In this document: positions 1-12,597 of the stretch, in pieces
How the letters are laid out: each line of letters starts with the position of its first letter
Numbering within the stretch: the first letter of the stretch is position 1
Assembly: GCA_038087875.1 (NCBI GenBank)
Contig: CM075987.1
Coordinates: 26,414,001 to 26,478,000 of the forward strand
Length of the DNA: 64,000 bases
Reading direction: 5' to 3'
Source: Malacoraja senta
Lineage: Eukaryota
Program-made: the position numbers and the translations under genes
Notes under the pieces: model-generated
The model's input: only the letters and a program-made list of their open reading frames with translations
Database searches by the model: none
Told to the model about the DNA's origin: nothing

Positions 1-119
1 CTATGCACTACTTTTGGCATTTCTCTTCAATCCCTGATCACCCATCTCTCACCATAAATTAATCAGTTCTTTGCAGAATGTCAGCACCAGTGTTCAATCT
101 TCTCTACTCTAAATATGGT

Positions 120-613
120 CTAGTGGCGGGATATCCAAGATGCTAAAAGTCAAGCTCTTCCAGTCCGTAGTCCTTCTCTACAGCCCTCTGTGCCAGTGAG
201 ACGTGGAAAATCAATCTGAAGATGAAAAATAAATTGGACGCATCCCAACAACGCTGCTTGAGGAGGATCCTGAAGACTAGCGACAGAGACCACATCGCAA
301 ACGAGGAGATCTACCGGGAAACTGCAACAAAGCCTCTCAGCCAGGACATAGAGGGACGCAGGATGAAATCTGCAGAACGTGTACTCAGAATGTCACCAGA
401 TCGTGCGCCTAAGATAGCAATGACCTGGCGACCTGACGGAAGAAGGAAAAGAGGCCGACCAAAACTCACATGGAGGCGAACATTCCAGAAGGATTTGGAA
501 GCCCGGGACGCTAACCTATCGAGGATGGAAGACGTCGCACATGACCGAACAGAATGGCGAGAGCTTGCTGCTCAATGTACTCAGTGTGGGAGGAACTAAG
601 TCTAAGCAAGTCT
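120..613 (+). mobile_element. RTE-clade LINE 3' fragment
   Basis: ORF 222-599 with QRCLRRILK...KIAMTWRPDGRRKRGRPKLTWRRT, typical of the RTE C-terminus. Followed by a taagtctaagcaagtc tail. Confidence 0.8.
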
Positions 614-639
614 GCTGTATGAAACAGTTACTTTCCCCT

Positions 640-842
640 CCGTGACCTGCGTGGGTTTTCTCCGAGATCATCGGTTTCCTGCCACACTCCAAAGATGTAC
701 AGCTTTGCAGGTCGATTGGCTTGGGGTTGTATACTTGTAAGTTGTCCCTAGTGTGTGTAGGATAGTGTCAATGTGCAGGGATCACTGGTCGGTGCGGACT
801 CGGTGGGCCGAAGGGCCGGATCTCCGCGCTGAATCTCTAAAA
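640..842 (+). mobile_element. HE1/V-SINE-like SINE, 5'-truncated
   Basis: Matches the body and 3' tail of full copies such as 19041-19338. Confidence 0.8.
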
Positions 843-1175
843 TCATGTTCCCGATGTTGGGGGGAGTCCAGAACCAGGGGCCACAGTTTAAGAATAAGGG
901 GTAAGCCATTTAGAACGGAGACGAGGAAACACTTTTTCTCACAGGGAGTTGTGAGTCTGTGGAATTCTCTGCCTCAGAGGGCGGTGGAGGCAGGTTCTCT
1001 GGATGCTTTCAAGAGAGAGCTGGATAGGGCTCTTAAAGATAGCGGAGTCAGGGGATATGGGGAGAAGGCAGGAACGGGGTACTGATTGGGGATGATCAGC
1101 CACGATCACATTGAATGGCGGTGCTGGCTCGAAACGCTGAATGGCCTACTCCTGCACCTATTGTCCATTGTCTAT
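843..1175 (+). mobile_element. CR1/HER1-type LINE 3' end
   Basis: ESRTRGHSLRIRG...FFSQGVVSLWNSLP motif, then 3'UTR ending in ctattgt repeats. Confidence 0.85.
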
Positions 1176-1732
1176 AAAACTAAAGTTGAAACATCCTCTG
1201 CACATCCACTCTATTCAGGCCTTTCATGATTCGACACTGCTATACTTCTTCAGGTCATTTATATACAGACCTCGTGGCATAAACATCTAAACCTCACTTC
1301 ATCATTTTAATTGAAATATCCATCACAAGTTGAGAGCCTCTTAGCTAATTGAATGCAAGAGCGGTGTTATTAAGTCTTGTTTTTCCAATGCCCAAACATT
1401 AACAAATTAGACGCTGGCCTTTTAAACAACCTCTCATCAATTCTGCAGTCATGGCACAATTACCAGGATAGAAGTGAATTTGAAAGGGGTTCAAGGAATA
1501 ATAACTATCGTCTATTTTTGGATAAGCTTTGGATGATGGAGTGTGAAATTTTATCCGTTCTCCATTCCTGTCCGTGATTCTAATTAGGGAACAAACCCTA
1601 CTGCCTTCTTTATGCTATTTTGTAATTTAAAATTCCTTCAGGATACTAATTGTATGCCAAGCAGGATCCTGAACGACGATAAGCTGGAGTGACTCAGCGG
1701 GACAGGCAGCGTCCAGGAGCGGAAAAGGCTGC

Positions 1733-2177
1733 CAAAAGTTGTAAACACTGCCCAGTCCATCATCGGCTCTGACCTCCCTACCATCGAGGGGATCTATCGC
1801 AGGCGCTGCCTCAAAAAAGGCTGGCAGTATCATCAAAGACCCACACCATCCTGGCCACACACTCATCTCTCCGCTGCCATCGGGTAGAAGGTACAGGAGC
1901 CTGAAATCTGCAACATCCAGGCTCAGGAATAGCTGCTTCCCCACAGCCATCAGGCTATTAAACATAACCTCAAACAAACTATGAACTATAACAGCCTATT
2001 GCACTTTATCTGTGTATTTATGTGTATATATATATATATATACTATGGTATATGGTCACACTGATCTGATCTGATTTGTATTTATGCCTGAAATAATCTG
2101 TCATGCTGCAGCAAAGCAAGAATTTCATTGTCCTATCTGGGACACATGACAATAAACTTTCTTCACTCTTGACTTGA
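1733..2177 (+). mobile_element. Rex1/Babar-type LINE 3' fragment
   Basis: Degenerate KVVNTAQSIIG...IIKDPHHPGHTL..LPSGRRYRSL...FPTAIRLLN. 3' end has aataaa and cttga repeats. Confidence 0.75.
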
Positions 2178-2279
2178 TCTCTGGAGAGTAGGAATAGGTG
2201 ACGTTTCGGGTCGAGACCCTTCTTCAGATGATGCCTTCTACTGCCTCTCAATTACCTGCCAACAGTTCCAGAGAGACTG

Positions 2280-3310
2280 AAGCAGGGGCGTACGGTGCTC
2301 ACCAGATCAAACACCGTGCCTGTACACAGCCTCGCCGAACACCTCCGCTCAGTCAGCCTCGGCCTACACGATCTCCCGGTTGCCAAACACTTCAATTCCC
2401 CTTCCCCATTCCCACACTGACCTTTCTGCCCTGGGCCTCCTCCACTGTCAGAGTGAGGCCCAGCACAAATTGGAGGAACAGTACCTCATATTTCGCTTGG
2501 ACAGCAGTATCATAGAAACATAGAAAATAGGTGCAGGAGTAGGCCATTCGGCCCTTCGAGCCTGCACCGCCATTCAATATGATCATGGCTGATCATCCAA
2601 CTCAGTATCCCGTACCTGCCTTCTCTCCATACCCCCTGATCCCTTTAGCCACAAGGGCCACATCTAACTCCCTCTTAAATATAGCCAATGAACTGGCCTC
2701 AACTACATTCTGTGGCAGAGAGTTCCAGAGATTCACCACTCTCTGTGTGAAAAATGTTTTTCTGATCTCGGTCCTAAAAGACTTCCCCCTTATCCTTAAA
2801 CTGTGACCCCTTGTTCTGGACTTCCCCAACATCGGGAACAATCTTCCTCCATCTAGCCTGTCCAACCCCTTAAGAATTTTGTAAGTTTCTATAAGATCCC
2901 CCCTCAATCTTCTAAGATGAAGGGGGGATGTATGAAGGTTGATTTCTTTAACTCCAGGTAACTCCTGCATTCTTTCTTCTCCCCCCCCCTCCCCATTCTA
3001 GTCATCCTACCAGTTCCTCTGTTCACATCCATGTACCCCTCTTGTTAGCACCTTCCCCAGCCAACAATGGGCCATTGTGGGCTCCACCCTTCCACAGGTC
3101 AATGGAGCCAGCCCTGATTTTTTCTGGCCAGCTCTCACATCCAGCTTATTCCCCCAAACCCCCACCTCTAAAGCTCAGTCTGAAGAAGGGTCTCAACCCA
3201 AAACATCACCTTCTCCTTTTCTCCAGAGTTGCTGCCTGACCCGCCGAGTTACTCCAGCATTTGTGTGGCTATCTTCAGTACAAACCAGCATCTGCACTTC
3301 CTTCCTACAT
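2280..3310 (+). mobile_element. Penelope-like element 3' portion (GIY-YIG remnant plus pLTR), split by a CR1 insertion
   Basis: 2330-2505 is homologous to the GIY-YIG region at 36120-36300. It resumes near 2935 and ends in the ctgaagaagggtctc... terminal repeat. Confidence 0.65.
2509..2915 (-). mobile_element. CR1-type LINE 3' end
   Basis: RRLRGDLIETYKILKG...TRGHSLRIRG...FFTQRVVNLWNSLP with a catagaaa tail. Confidence 0.88.
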
Positions 3311-4123
3311 ACTTTGTTGTATTGATGATAGCGGAGTCAGGAGATATGGGGAGAAGGCAGGAACGGGGTACTGATTGGGGACGATCAGCCATGATCACAT
3401 TGAATGGCGGTGCTGGCTCGAAGGGCCGAATTGTACCTCCTGCACCTATTGTCTATTGTCTATTGATGCGTACAGACAGGGTGGAGAAAATACATCTGCT
3501 GTTTGAAGAGAGAATGTACCGGAAATTAAACCAGAGTAATCGCAACTATCCAATTAACTAAGGCGGGGTAATTGCTCATTTTAGACTCCACTCTGTTGAA
3601 CATGAACTGAAACACGACATGCTCAGACTCGCTGGGAAGAATTGTGTCCAGGCCAATAATGATACATTCCTTGCACATATAACAGGAATGCAATGATAAT
3701 TGGTCAACACAGCAAAGTAGCTGCCACCTCACCGTTCCAGCGACCTGGGCTTTAAGCTGACCTTGAATGCTTTCTGTGTGGAGTTTGCATGCATTCCCTG
3801 CGTTATTTTTCCCAGATGCTCCAATCGCAAACCACATCCCAGAGATAACTGGGCTTGCCACTATAAACTGCTCCTCATTCTGTTAAGAGTGATATATATA
3901 TTGAGGGGAGGTTTCAGAAGAATGAAACAGGTACATCAGATGGTCAAAGGGACATTTGGCACATTGACCTTCATCAGTCAGAGGGTTGAGTATAGAAGTT
4001 GGGAGGCCATGTTGCAGGTGTATACGATGTTGGTGTGACCACATTTAGAGTATTGTGTTCAATTCTGGGCACCATGTTACAGGAAAGACGTTGTCAAGCT
4101 GGAAAGGGTGCAGAGAAGATTTA

Positions 4124-4362
4124 CAGTGCATTCAGAACACAGTCAGATCACTTCACTTTTTCCACATTTTGTTACGTTACAGCCTATTTCAAAACGCCTG
4201 TATTTGCAAAAATTTAAAAACACCTGTTTATCGCTTCTTCATTCTGGGGTATTGTGTGTAGATTGATGATTAAAAAAATTAATTTAACCATTTTAAAATA
4301 TGGCTGTAACGTAACAAAATGTGGGTAAAGTGAAGGGGTCTGAATACTTTCTGAATGCACTG
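4124..4362. mobile_element. Tc1/mariner-type MITE
   Basis: ~60-bp imperfect TIRs beginning CAGTGCATTCAGAA. TA precedes the left end; TG follows the right end. Confidence 0.85.
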
Positions 4363-4645
4363 TGTACTAAACAAACTGAGCATATTGTGTCTAACATCTG
4401 TGAGATTTTGTTCACTGAGGGTGCAGGGGACTCAAAGTCCAGAAAAGATAAATATGTAAGATAAAAAAGTATCCTATTTCCATGTTTTTATTTTCCAATG
4501 GTTTCAAATTAAAATCAAATTAGGTACATTTTAAATGTATACACCAATGGACTGACAGGTAATTGATGGAAGCTTCAATACTGTGAATAATGGCACTAGG
4601 AAGTCTTCATGTTTTTTCTGGAAGAATAGACCAAATGCAATGCAG

Positions 4646-4962
4646 GACGGCACGGTGGTGCAGCGGTAGAGTTGCTGCCTCACGGCGCCAGAGACCCGGG
4701 TTCGATCCTGACCACGGGTGCTGTCTGTGCGGAGTTTGTACCTTCTCCCCGTGACCTGCGTGGGTTTTCTCCGTGAGGTCCGGTTTCCTCCCGCACTCCA
4801 AAGACGTGCAGGTTTGTAGGTTAATTGGCTTCGGTAAGGATTGTAAATCATTCCCAGTGTGTGCAGGATAGTGTAAGTGTGCGGGAATCGCTGGACGGCA
4901 CGGACTCCATGGGCTGAAGGGCCTGCATCCGTGCTGTATCTCTAAACTAATCTAAACTAAAT
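4646..4962 (+). mobile_element. HE1/V-SINE-like tRNA-derived SINE, full length
   Basis: A-box tggtgcagcgg, B-box ggttcgatcc, V-domain-like core, CR1-like 3' end, ctaaa tail. Confidence 0.88.
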
Positions 4963-5500
4963 ACATGATAAATACCTTGCCTAATGTTCTGGTGGATAAA
5001 GACCAGGTTACATCCTTGATGGATAGACACAGCGCGCTGTGAAGTAACTCAGTGGGCCAGGCAGCATGGAGAGGTGACGTTTTGGGTTGGAACCCTTCTT
5101 TTGCCAGGTTGTAGGGGTGGAGGGGCTTAGAGGAAGTGAAAGCAAGAAAAGACTAGGACAAATAATGGCCGGCAACAGATGACCTCGGGTGGGGGAGGTT
5201 CACTGATAGGCTGATTGTTGGCTCGGGTATCACTGGTGGCCTATCAGGGAACGTCCCCGCCTGAGGCCATCTGTTGACTGCGCTGATTTCATAAGAGATA
5301 GGAGCAGAATCAGGCCATTCGGCCCATCAGGTCTACTCCGCCATTCAATCATGGCTGATCTATCTTTACATGTCTACCCCCCATCTCCTGCTTTCTCCCC
5401 ATAACCCCTGATTTGTCCGGGTCTTTTCATGTTTCCAGGTCCCACAGGCTCCAATCCCCCCCTCCCCCCCAAATATAATGTCTGAAAAAGGGCCCCGACC

Positions 5501-5985
5501 TGAAACGTCACCTATCCATGTTCTCCACAGATGCTGCCTGACCCGCTGAGTTACTCCAGCACTCTGTGAAACGTCACCTATCCATGTTCTCCACAGATGC
5601 TGCCTGACCCGCTGAGTTACTCCAGCACTCTGTGAAACGTCACCTATCCATGTTCTCCACAGATGCTGCCTGACCCGCTGAGTTACTCCAGCACTCTGTG
5701 AAACGTCACCTATCCATGTTCTCCACAGATGCTGCCTGACCCGCTGAGTTACTCCAGCACTCTGTGAAACGTCAGCTACCCATGTTCTCCACAGATGCTG
5801 CCTGACCCGCTGAGTTACTCCAGCACTCTGTGAAACGTCACCTATCCATGTTCTCCACAGATGCTGCCTGACCCGCTGAGTTACTCCAGCACTCTGTGAA
5901 ACGTCAGCTACCCATGTTCTCCACAGATGCTGCCTGACCCGCTGAGTTACTCCAGCACTCTGTGAAACGTCACCTATCCATGTTC
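5501..5985. repeat. Tandem array of a 66-bp Penelope-pLTR-derived unit (7 full copies plus a partial)
   Basis: Unit starts tgaaacgtca at 5501, 5567, 5633, 5699, 5765, 5831, 5897 and 5963. Confidence 0.95.
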
Positions 5986-6852
5986 CGGCAGCATCTATGG
6001 AGCGAAGGAAATAGGCAACGTTTCGGCCCGAAACCCTTCCGGGTTTCGGCCCGAAACGTTGCCTATTTCCTTCAGGGTTTCGGCCCGAAAGGTTTCCCAT
6101 TTCCTTCGCTCCACAGATGCTGCCTGACCCGCTGAGTTACTCCAGCACTCTGTGAAACATCACAGAGTTGTCTGAACACCTGGATGCCCGCAGCGGCGAC
6201 TGCGGAGGGTTGAGGTCCCGACCACGGGGGAAAATGGAGGAGGACTGACCAATTTTTGTTGCCTTCCACCACAGTGATGAACGCTGTGGTGGATGCTTGT
6301 GTCACATTTTTATTGTGTATTGTGTGTTCTTTCTCATTGCACCGCTGCTGGCAAATTCATTTCACTTGCACTTTATGTACAAGTGACGAACAACACTGAC
6401 TTGACTTGACTTCATCACCTATCCATGTTCTCCAGAGATGCTGCCTGACCCGCTGAGTTGCTCCAGCACTCTGTGTCTATCTTTGGTGTAAACCAGCTTC
6501 TGCAGCTCCTCTTTAATACTTCCATTTTGTGACCTTCACACAATCGTTGCACCAAAGCAATGGAATTAAGGTACCTTTCAGTGCAATAAATTGGGAAGAT
6601 TCGTATAACTTGGATGGGCTTTTGTAACGTACAATTTTTTAATTTATTTTTTGTAATTTATGAGATTCTCCCCAAAAACCTATGCACCTAACCTCTTGTG
6701 CAGCGTCTCATACATCGTTGGATGCATGTTCTGTGGCAGCAGTATGGATTAGGATAGACATTATAAAGTATTCAGCATTTAATTTTTTTATAAGCTTGAT
6801 GTGCTCAATCAGTATGTCTTGAAATATAAAAATATTAATTTTCACGCACAAC

Positions 6853-7243
6853 TTCAGTTTGGTTTATTGTCACGTGTACCGAGGTACAGTGAAAAGCTTT
6901 TGTTGCGTGTTAGCCAGTCAGCGGAAAGACAACACATGATTACAATCGAGCCGTCCACAGTGTACAGATACATGATAAGGGAATAACGTTTAGTGCACGA
7001 TAAAGTCCGATTAAAGTCAAGTCAAGTCAAGTGGGTTTATTGTCATGTGTCCCTGATGGGACAATGAAATTCTTGCTTTGCTTCAGCTCACAGAACATGG
7101 TAGGCATTGACTACAAAACAGATCAGTGTGTCCATGAACATGACAAAACAGAAAGATAGTCCGAGGGTCTCCAATGAGGTAGATAGTCGCTCAGGACCGC
7201 TCTCAAGTTGTGGCAGGATGGTTCAGTTACCTGATAACAGCTG
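6853..7243 (-). mobile_element. Rex1/Babar-type 3'UTR fragment with a nested tail of another family; related copies near 28225, 43005, 46075, 52420, 58920 and 60790
   Basis: Shared gtcacgtgtaccgaggtacagtgaaaagc segment. The copy near 60790 is preceded by RFRESFFPAVIRQL. Confidence 0.65.
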
Positions 7244-8560
7244 AGCCACTGAGGAGGAACTTAAAGAAAAATCCGGCTTTCCTTATGCCTTTTTTGCGTT
7301 TGAGATCATTTAGATTAATTTCTGCAGAGTTGCTATTATTAAATAATGGGAATGGAAAACAGTGTGAGTTTGAGGTAGACAAAAATGCTGGAGAAACTCA
7401 GCGGGTGAGGCAGCATCTGTGGAACGAAGGAATAGGTGACGTTTCGGGTCGAGACCCTTCTTCAGACTGATGTGGGGGTTGGGGGAGGGGGCGGGAAGAA
7501 GGAAGGTCAGTTTGATGGTCAGATCAAGATCCCTGCACTTAAAACAAATGGGACTTGAAAATGGCGCCAATCTGGCGACTCTGTACACTGCTTGTACTGT
7601 ATCTGAGATGTTTATCTAAGATGTATCCAGTTAAATCTTAGATAAAGTGTCCTTATGTATAATGACATTTGTATTGAACTGTCTACAAAACGGATTTCAC
7701 TGTACCTCGTTACACGTGACAAATATATTACCAGACCATATCATAACATAAGATACTTGCTTCCTCCCTCCTTCTCCTCCCCTTCCCAGCTCTCCCACAA
7801 GCCTACTGTCTCCGCCTCTTCCTTACTTTTTCCCGCCCCCCCCCCCCCCCCATCAGTCTGAAGAAGGGCCACGACCCGAAACGTCGCCTATTCCTTCACT
7901 CCATAGATGCTGCCTCACCCGCTGAGTTTCTCCAGCATTTGTGTGTACCATAGTACACCATATCATAACATAACAAGAATAAGGGGTAGGCCATTTAGAA
8001 CGGAGATGAGGAAAAACGTTTTCACCCAGAGAGATGTGAATCTGTGGAATTCTCTGCCTCAGAAGTCAGTGGAAGCCAATTCTCTGGACGCTTTCAAGAG
8101 AGAGCTAGATAGGACTCTTAAAGATATCAGTCAAGGGATATGGGGAGAAGGCAGGAACGGGGTACTGATTGTGGATGATCAGCCATGATCACATTGAATG
8201 GCGGTGCTGGCTCGAAGGGCCGAATGGTCTACTCCTGCACCTATTGTCTATTGTCTATAACATACCATAACAAAACATACCATAACATGGCAAATTATAC
8301 CATACCATAATAGACCATGCCACACCACACAATACCACACCATAAGTAAGTAAGTTTATTGGCCAAGTATTCACATACAAGGAATTTGCCTTGGTGCTCC
8401 GCCCACAAGTAACAACATGACATACAGTGACAGTTACGAATGACTCAGAAAACACTAAACATTAATAATAATAGAACATTAATGATAAACTGATAACACA
8501 CTATAACATACCACACCACACCACACCATAGCATAAGGTACCACACCATACTCTACCCAC

Positions 8561-8666
8561 CTTGCAAATGCAGCCTGCTCTCAGGACTCTGCAGGAGGAC
8601 AGAACTCACTGAGTCCAGGTTCTCATAGCTGCTACATCCCAACGGTCCAGTGCGAGTCTCGGTCAC
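8561..8666 (-). CDS. BRINP1: BRINP1 next coding exon; probably orthologous to human exon 5
   Basis: Translates to [35 protein letters not shown](G), the direct continuation of the 36876-37045 exon. Acceptor tgttgcag|GTG and donor CAAG|gtgggt. 106 nt, phase-0 start. Absent from the ORF track. Confidence 0.95.
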
Positions 8667-9078
8667 CTGCAACACAGACGCACGATACATTGCTAAGTCA
8701 GTTCAATCTCAAGCTCTCCAGTGGAGGCTATGTTTAAACTATCCACGTGCTCAACAACGGGTGATTCCTGATTTGGGTCCAGTACATTAGGAGACCTGTC
8801 ATGCCCATGCCAACTTCAAGGGCTCCATTCCCACACTTGGGCAGCGACGGAGTTGCTGCCTCACAGCGCCAGGGACCCAGGTTCGAATCTGACTACGGGT
8901 GCTGTCTGCACGTTGTCGCGTGGGTTGTCTACGGGTGCTCCGGATTCCTCCCACCTTCCAAAGAGGTGCACGTTTTTAGGTTAGTTGTCTGCTGTAAATC
9001 GGCCCTAGAGTGTTAATTGAAAATTAGAATAACATAGAACTGTCCGTACGGAGTTTGTCCGTTCTCCCCGTGACCTGC

Positions 9079-9883
9079 AGTGGCGGCGCTGCCTTGCAGC
9101 TGCGGCTCGCCTGCAGTCCGTTTGTCTTTTCTTTTTTTGTTTTCTTTTGTGCCGTTGTTACAGTTTATTTCGGTTTATTTTAGTTGTGTATTTGTGGGGT
9201 GGGTGGGGGGAGGGGGGGAGAAACATGTTTTTTGACTCTTCCTTCGGGGGGGGATGCGACCTTTCTTGCCGTATCCCCCGTCTCCGTCTGCGCTGAGGCC
9301 TATCGCGGAGCTGGCGGCCTCCAACTGGGACCGATCTCGGGGCTCCGGAGGCAGAGCCAGGACTTACCAACGCGGGGCTGGCCGACTTCGGGGCTGTGGT
9401 GGCGTTGCGACCCGACTTCCGACCCGACTTCGGAGCCTCGGAGCCTCGGCCGCGGGCCCAGTGGACGACATCGTGGGGAGCTCGCAGGTCACAGGTTGGT
9501 GACCTGTTTTTCCTGGAGCTCCCGCAACAACAGCTTTGTCCGCTGGACTGGAGGGCGGCAGCTTAGACCGCCCCGGGCCACGGAGTTTGAACCGGCCCGT
9601 TCGGATTCAGCCGCGGGACTTACTTACCATCACCCGGCGGGGTCACAAAATCGGAGGCCTGGATCACCTCAGCCCAGAGGGAGAGCAAGGAGGGAAGAGA
9701 CATGGTCTTTGGGACTTTTGCCTTCCATCACAGTGAGGAGGTGCCTGGTGGACTCACTGTGGTGGATGTTAAACTGTGTTGAGTGTGTGTTTTGTTATTT
9801 ATTCTATGTTATGACTGCAGGCTAAACCATTTCGTTGCACTGAAAAGTGCAATGACAATAAAATTGAATTTGATTTGATTTGA
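9079..9883 (+). mobile_element. GC-rich non-autonomous retroposon inserted in a SINE
   Basis: Interrupts the SINE between gtgacctgc and ttttctccggg. Ends with caataaa plus (tttga)n. Shares a hairpin core with elements near 6260, 18035 and 59190. Confidence 0.65.
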
Positions 9884-10370
9884 TTTTCTCCGGGTGCTCC
9901 AGTTTCCTCCCACACTCCAAAGACGTACAGGTTTGTCGGTTAATCAGCTTGGTATAAATATAAATTATCCCTAGTGTGTGTAGGATAGTGTTAGCGTGCG
10001 GGGAACGCTGATCGGTGCGGACTCAGTGGGCCGAAGGGCCTGTTTACCCACTGTATCTCTAAATTAAATTTCCACAGCGTTTCCTTCTCTTATCTGCCCT
10101 CTCTGACTATATGTTCCCTTTGAAAATCAATGAACAAATTGGATCTCCCCTTTACAAATTGACTGCTTTTGACTCTCAGCCAAATAGCCTTTGTTATCTA
10201 CAATCTTTGGTATTTTGTCATTAAATAAAGTTCTGAAGAACATCAAAGCCCACATGCTTTGCTCCAGAATTACTCAAGCCCTGGAAAACCACCTTTGTAT
10301 AGCTTTCACTATCCACATCTTCAGTACTGTCTAATAATATCATTTTCAGGACAACATCGAAGCCTCTATA

Positions 10371-10697
10371 GTTTAGTTTAGTTTAGATCAGAGATACAGC
10401 GTGGAAACAGGGCCTTCGGCCCACCGAGTCCGCACCGACCAGTGATCCCCGCACCCTAACACTATCTATCCGACACACACTAGGGACAATTTACAGGTAC
10501 ACCAAGTCAATTAACCTACAAACCTGTACTTCTTTGGAATGTGGGAGGAATCCGAAGATCTCGGAGAAAACCCACGCAGGTCACGGGGAGAACGTACAAA
10601 CTCCGTACAGAGAGCACCCGTAGTCGGGTTCGAACCCGGGTCTCCGGCGCTGCATTCCCTGCAAGGCAGCAACTCTACCGCTGCGCCACCGTGACCG
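10371..10697 (-). mobile_element. HE1/V-SINE-like SINE, full length
   Basis: Reverse complement of the SINE consensus with a (gttta)n tail. Confidence 0.88.
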
Positions 10698-10699
10698 CC

Positions 10700-10860
10700 C
10701 TACGTTTCTCCTTCTCCTGGACGGAGCTGTTCCCAAACCAAACTGTGATGCAGCCCGATAAAACGCTTTCTACGGCGCATCTGTAGAAGTTGGTGAGAGT
10801 TGTTGAGGACATGCCGAACTTCCTGAGACTTCTCAGGAAGTAAAAGCATTGGTGTGCTCT
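10700..10860 (-). mobile_element. Rex1/Babar LINE fragment
   Basis: YFLRSLRKFGMSSTTLTNFYRCAVESVLSGCITVWFGN. Confidence 0.75.
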
Positions 10861-11617
10861 AATCAGAGTATTGGACCAACAACTATGATTAACTGGGACA
10901 GGCTTCATCTCTGGAGACAAGGAATGGGTGACGTTGTGGGTTTCAATCTGAAGGGTCTCGACCCAAAACATCACCCATTCCTTCTCTCCAGAGATGCTGC
11001 CTGTCCCGCTGAGTTACTCCAGCACTTTGTGCCTACCTTTGATTTAAACCAGCGTCCGCACTTCTTTCCTACACACTATGATTAAGCGATTGGGCAGCAC
11101 GGTGGCACAGCAGTAGAACTACAGCCTTACTGCGCTAGAGTCCCGGGTTCGATCCTGACCGCAAATCTCCTCAAGGTATATCCATTTAACATTGTCTTGG
11201 CCAACGTAGCCAACACCTTCCCTGCAACTGTTCCAGTACATCTGCAAGATCGACGCTTAGCAAAATAGAGTGGAGATGACAGAGAATCTGGAGCGGACCG
11301 ATTTAAGAATTCTCACGTGACTGAGGATCAAACACTAATAATTTAAACTGAGTTTCAAGGTTGTCTTCGATATTTTTGAACGGAAAAGCGGGTAAATGGA
11401 TAGGATCTCATTAAGTGCGTGTTCTACTCTCCCCTAAATAGAAAAGATTAATGGCAGTGATTCTCGTTTTGCATCTCGAAGCGCACACATCATGTCTGCT
11501 CAACATTTATTCAACACTTCTATATAAACGAGAACCTCCTCCCGCACCGAAGGCACTTTGTTCTGGTAAAACATGTTTGATAATGAGTGTGTTTTACACT
11601 CTTCCTTCATCACAAGA

Positions 11618-12140
11618 TCATAAGTGATAGGAGTTGAGTTAGGCCATTCGGCCCATCAAGTCTACTCCGCCATTCAATCATGGCTGATCGATCTCTCCCT
11701 CCTAACCCCATTCTCCTGCCTGAGGGAGAGATAGATCAGCCGTGATTGAATGGCGGAGTAGACTTGATGGGCCGAATGGCCTACTTCGACTCCTATCACT
11801 TATGACCTTATGACCTTCTCCCCATAACCTTTGACACCCGTACTAATCAGGAATCTCAGGATTAAGTATATCCATTGACTTGGCCTCCACAGCCTTCTGT
11901 GGCAAAGAATTCAACAGATTCACCACCCTCTGACTAAAGAAATTCCTCCTCATCTCCTTCATAAAAGAAACATCCTTTAATTCTGAGGCTGTGACCTCTA
12001 GTCCTAGACTCTCCCACCAGTGGAAACATCCTCTCCACATCCACTCTATCCGGGCCTTTCACTATTCTGTACGTTTCAATGAAGTCCCCCCTCATTCTTC
12101 TTAACTCCAGCGAGTACAGGCCCAGTGCCGACAAACGCTG
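11618..12140 (-). mobile_element. CR1-type LINE 3' end with an internal fold-back duplication
   Basis: LGLYSLELRRMRGD.IETYRI motif. Inverted copy of its own 3'UTR at 11722-11805. Confidence 0.85.
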
Positions 12141-12292
12141 ATCATCACTGTCCTCCTGATTAATATTACTGGTTGTATGCCTCCTTGTCACCTTCGCCTC
12201 TGCTAAAAGCAAATAATTTCACCGTACCTAGAGACAATGAAGTATAATTGAATCATTGACTATTGTGCCATTCTGAAGAAGAGGATACCAAG

Positions 12293-12597
12293 TTTAGTTT
12301 TTAGTTTAGAGATACAGCGCGGAAACAGGTCCTTCGGCCCACCGGGACCACGCCGACCAGCGATCCCCGCGCACTAACACTATCCTGCACACACTAGGGA
12401 CAATTTACAGTTTACACCAAGCCAATTAACCTACCAGCCTGTACATCTTTGGAGTGTGGGAGGAAACCGAAGATCTCGGAGAAAACCCACGCAGGTCACG
12501 GGGAGAACGTACAGACTCCGTACAGACGGCACCCGTAGTCAGGATTGAAACCGGGTTTCTGGCGCCGTGAGGCAGCAACTCTACCGCTGCGTAGCCG
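12293..12597 (-). mobile_element. HE1/V-SINE-like SINE
   Basis: Matches the SINE consensus (reverse complement). Confidence 0.87.

Noticed and set aside
3526..3861. Possible downstream BRINP1 exon (YMCKE resembling YIMCNGE)
   Set aside because: The surrounding residues do not match, and part of the region is an old SINE.
5366..6100. 244-aa ORF with 22-aa repeats; possible CRISPR-like array
   Set aside because: Artefact of a stop-free 66-bp tandem unit. The units are contiguous with no unique spacers, and the context is eukaryotic.
9184..9825. 213-aa GC-rich ORF
   Set aside because: Lies within a retroposon insertion, has no recognisable domain, and GC richness explains the lack of stops.
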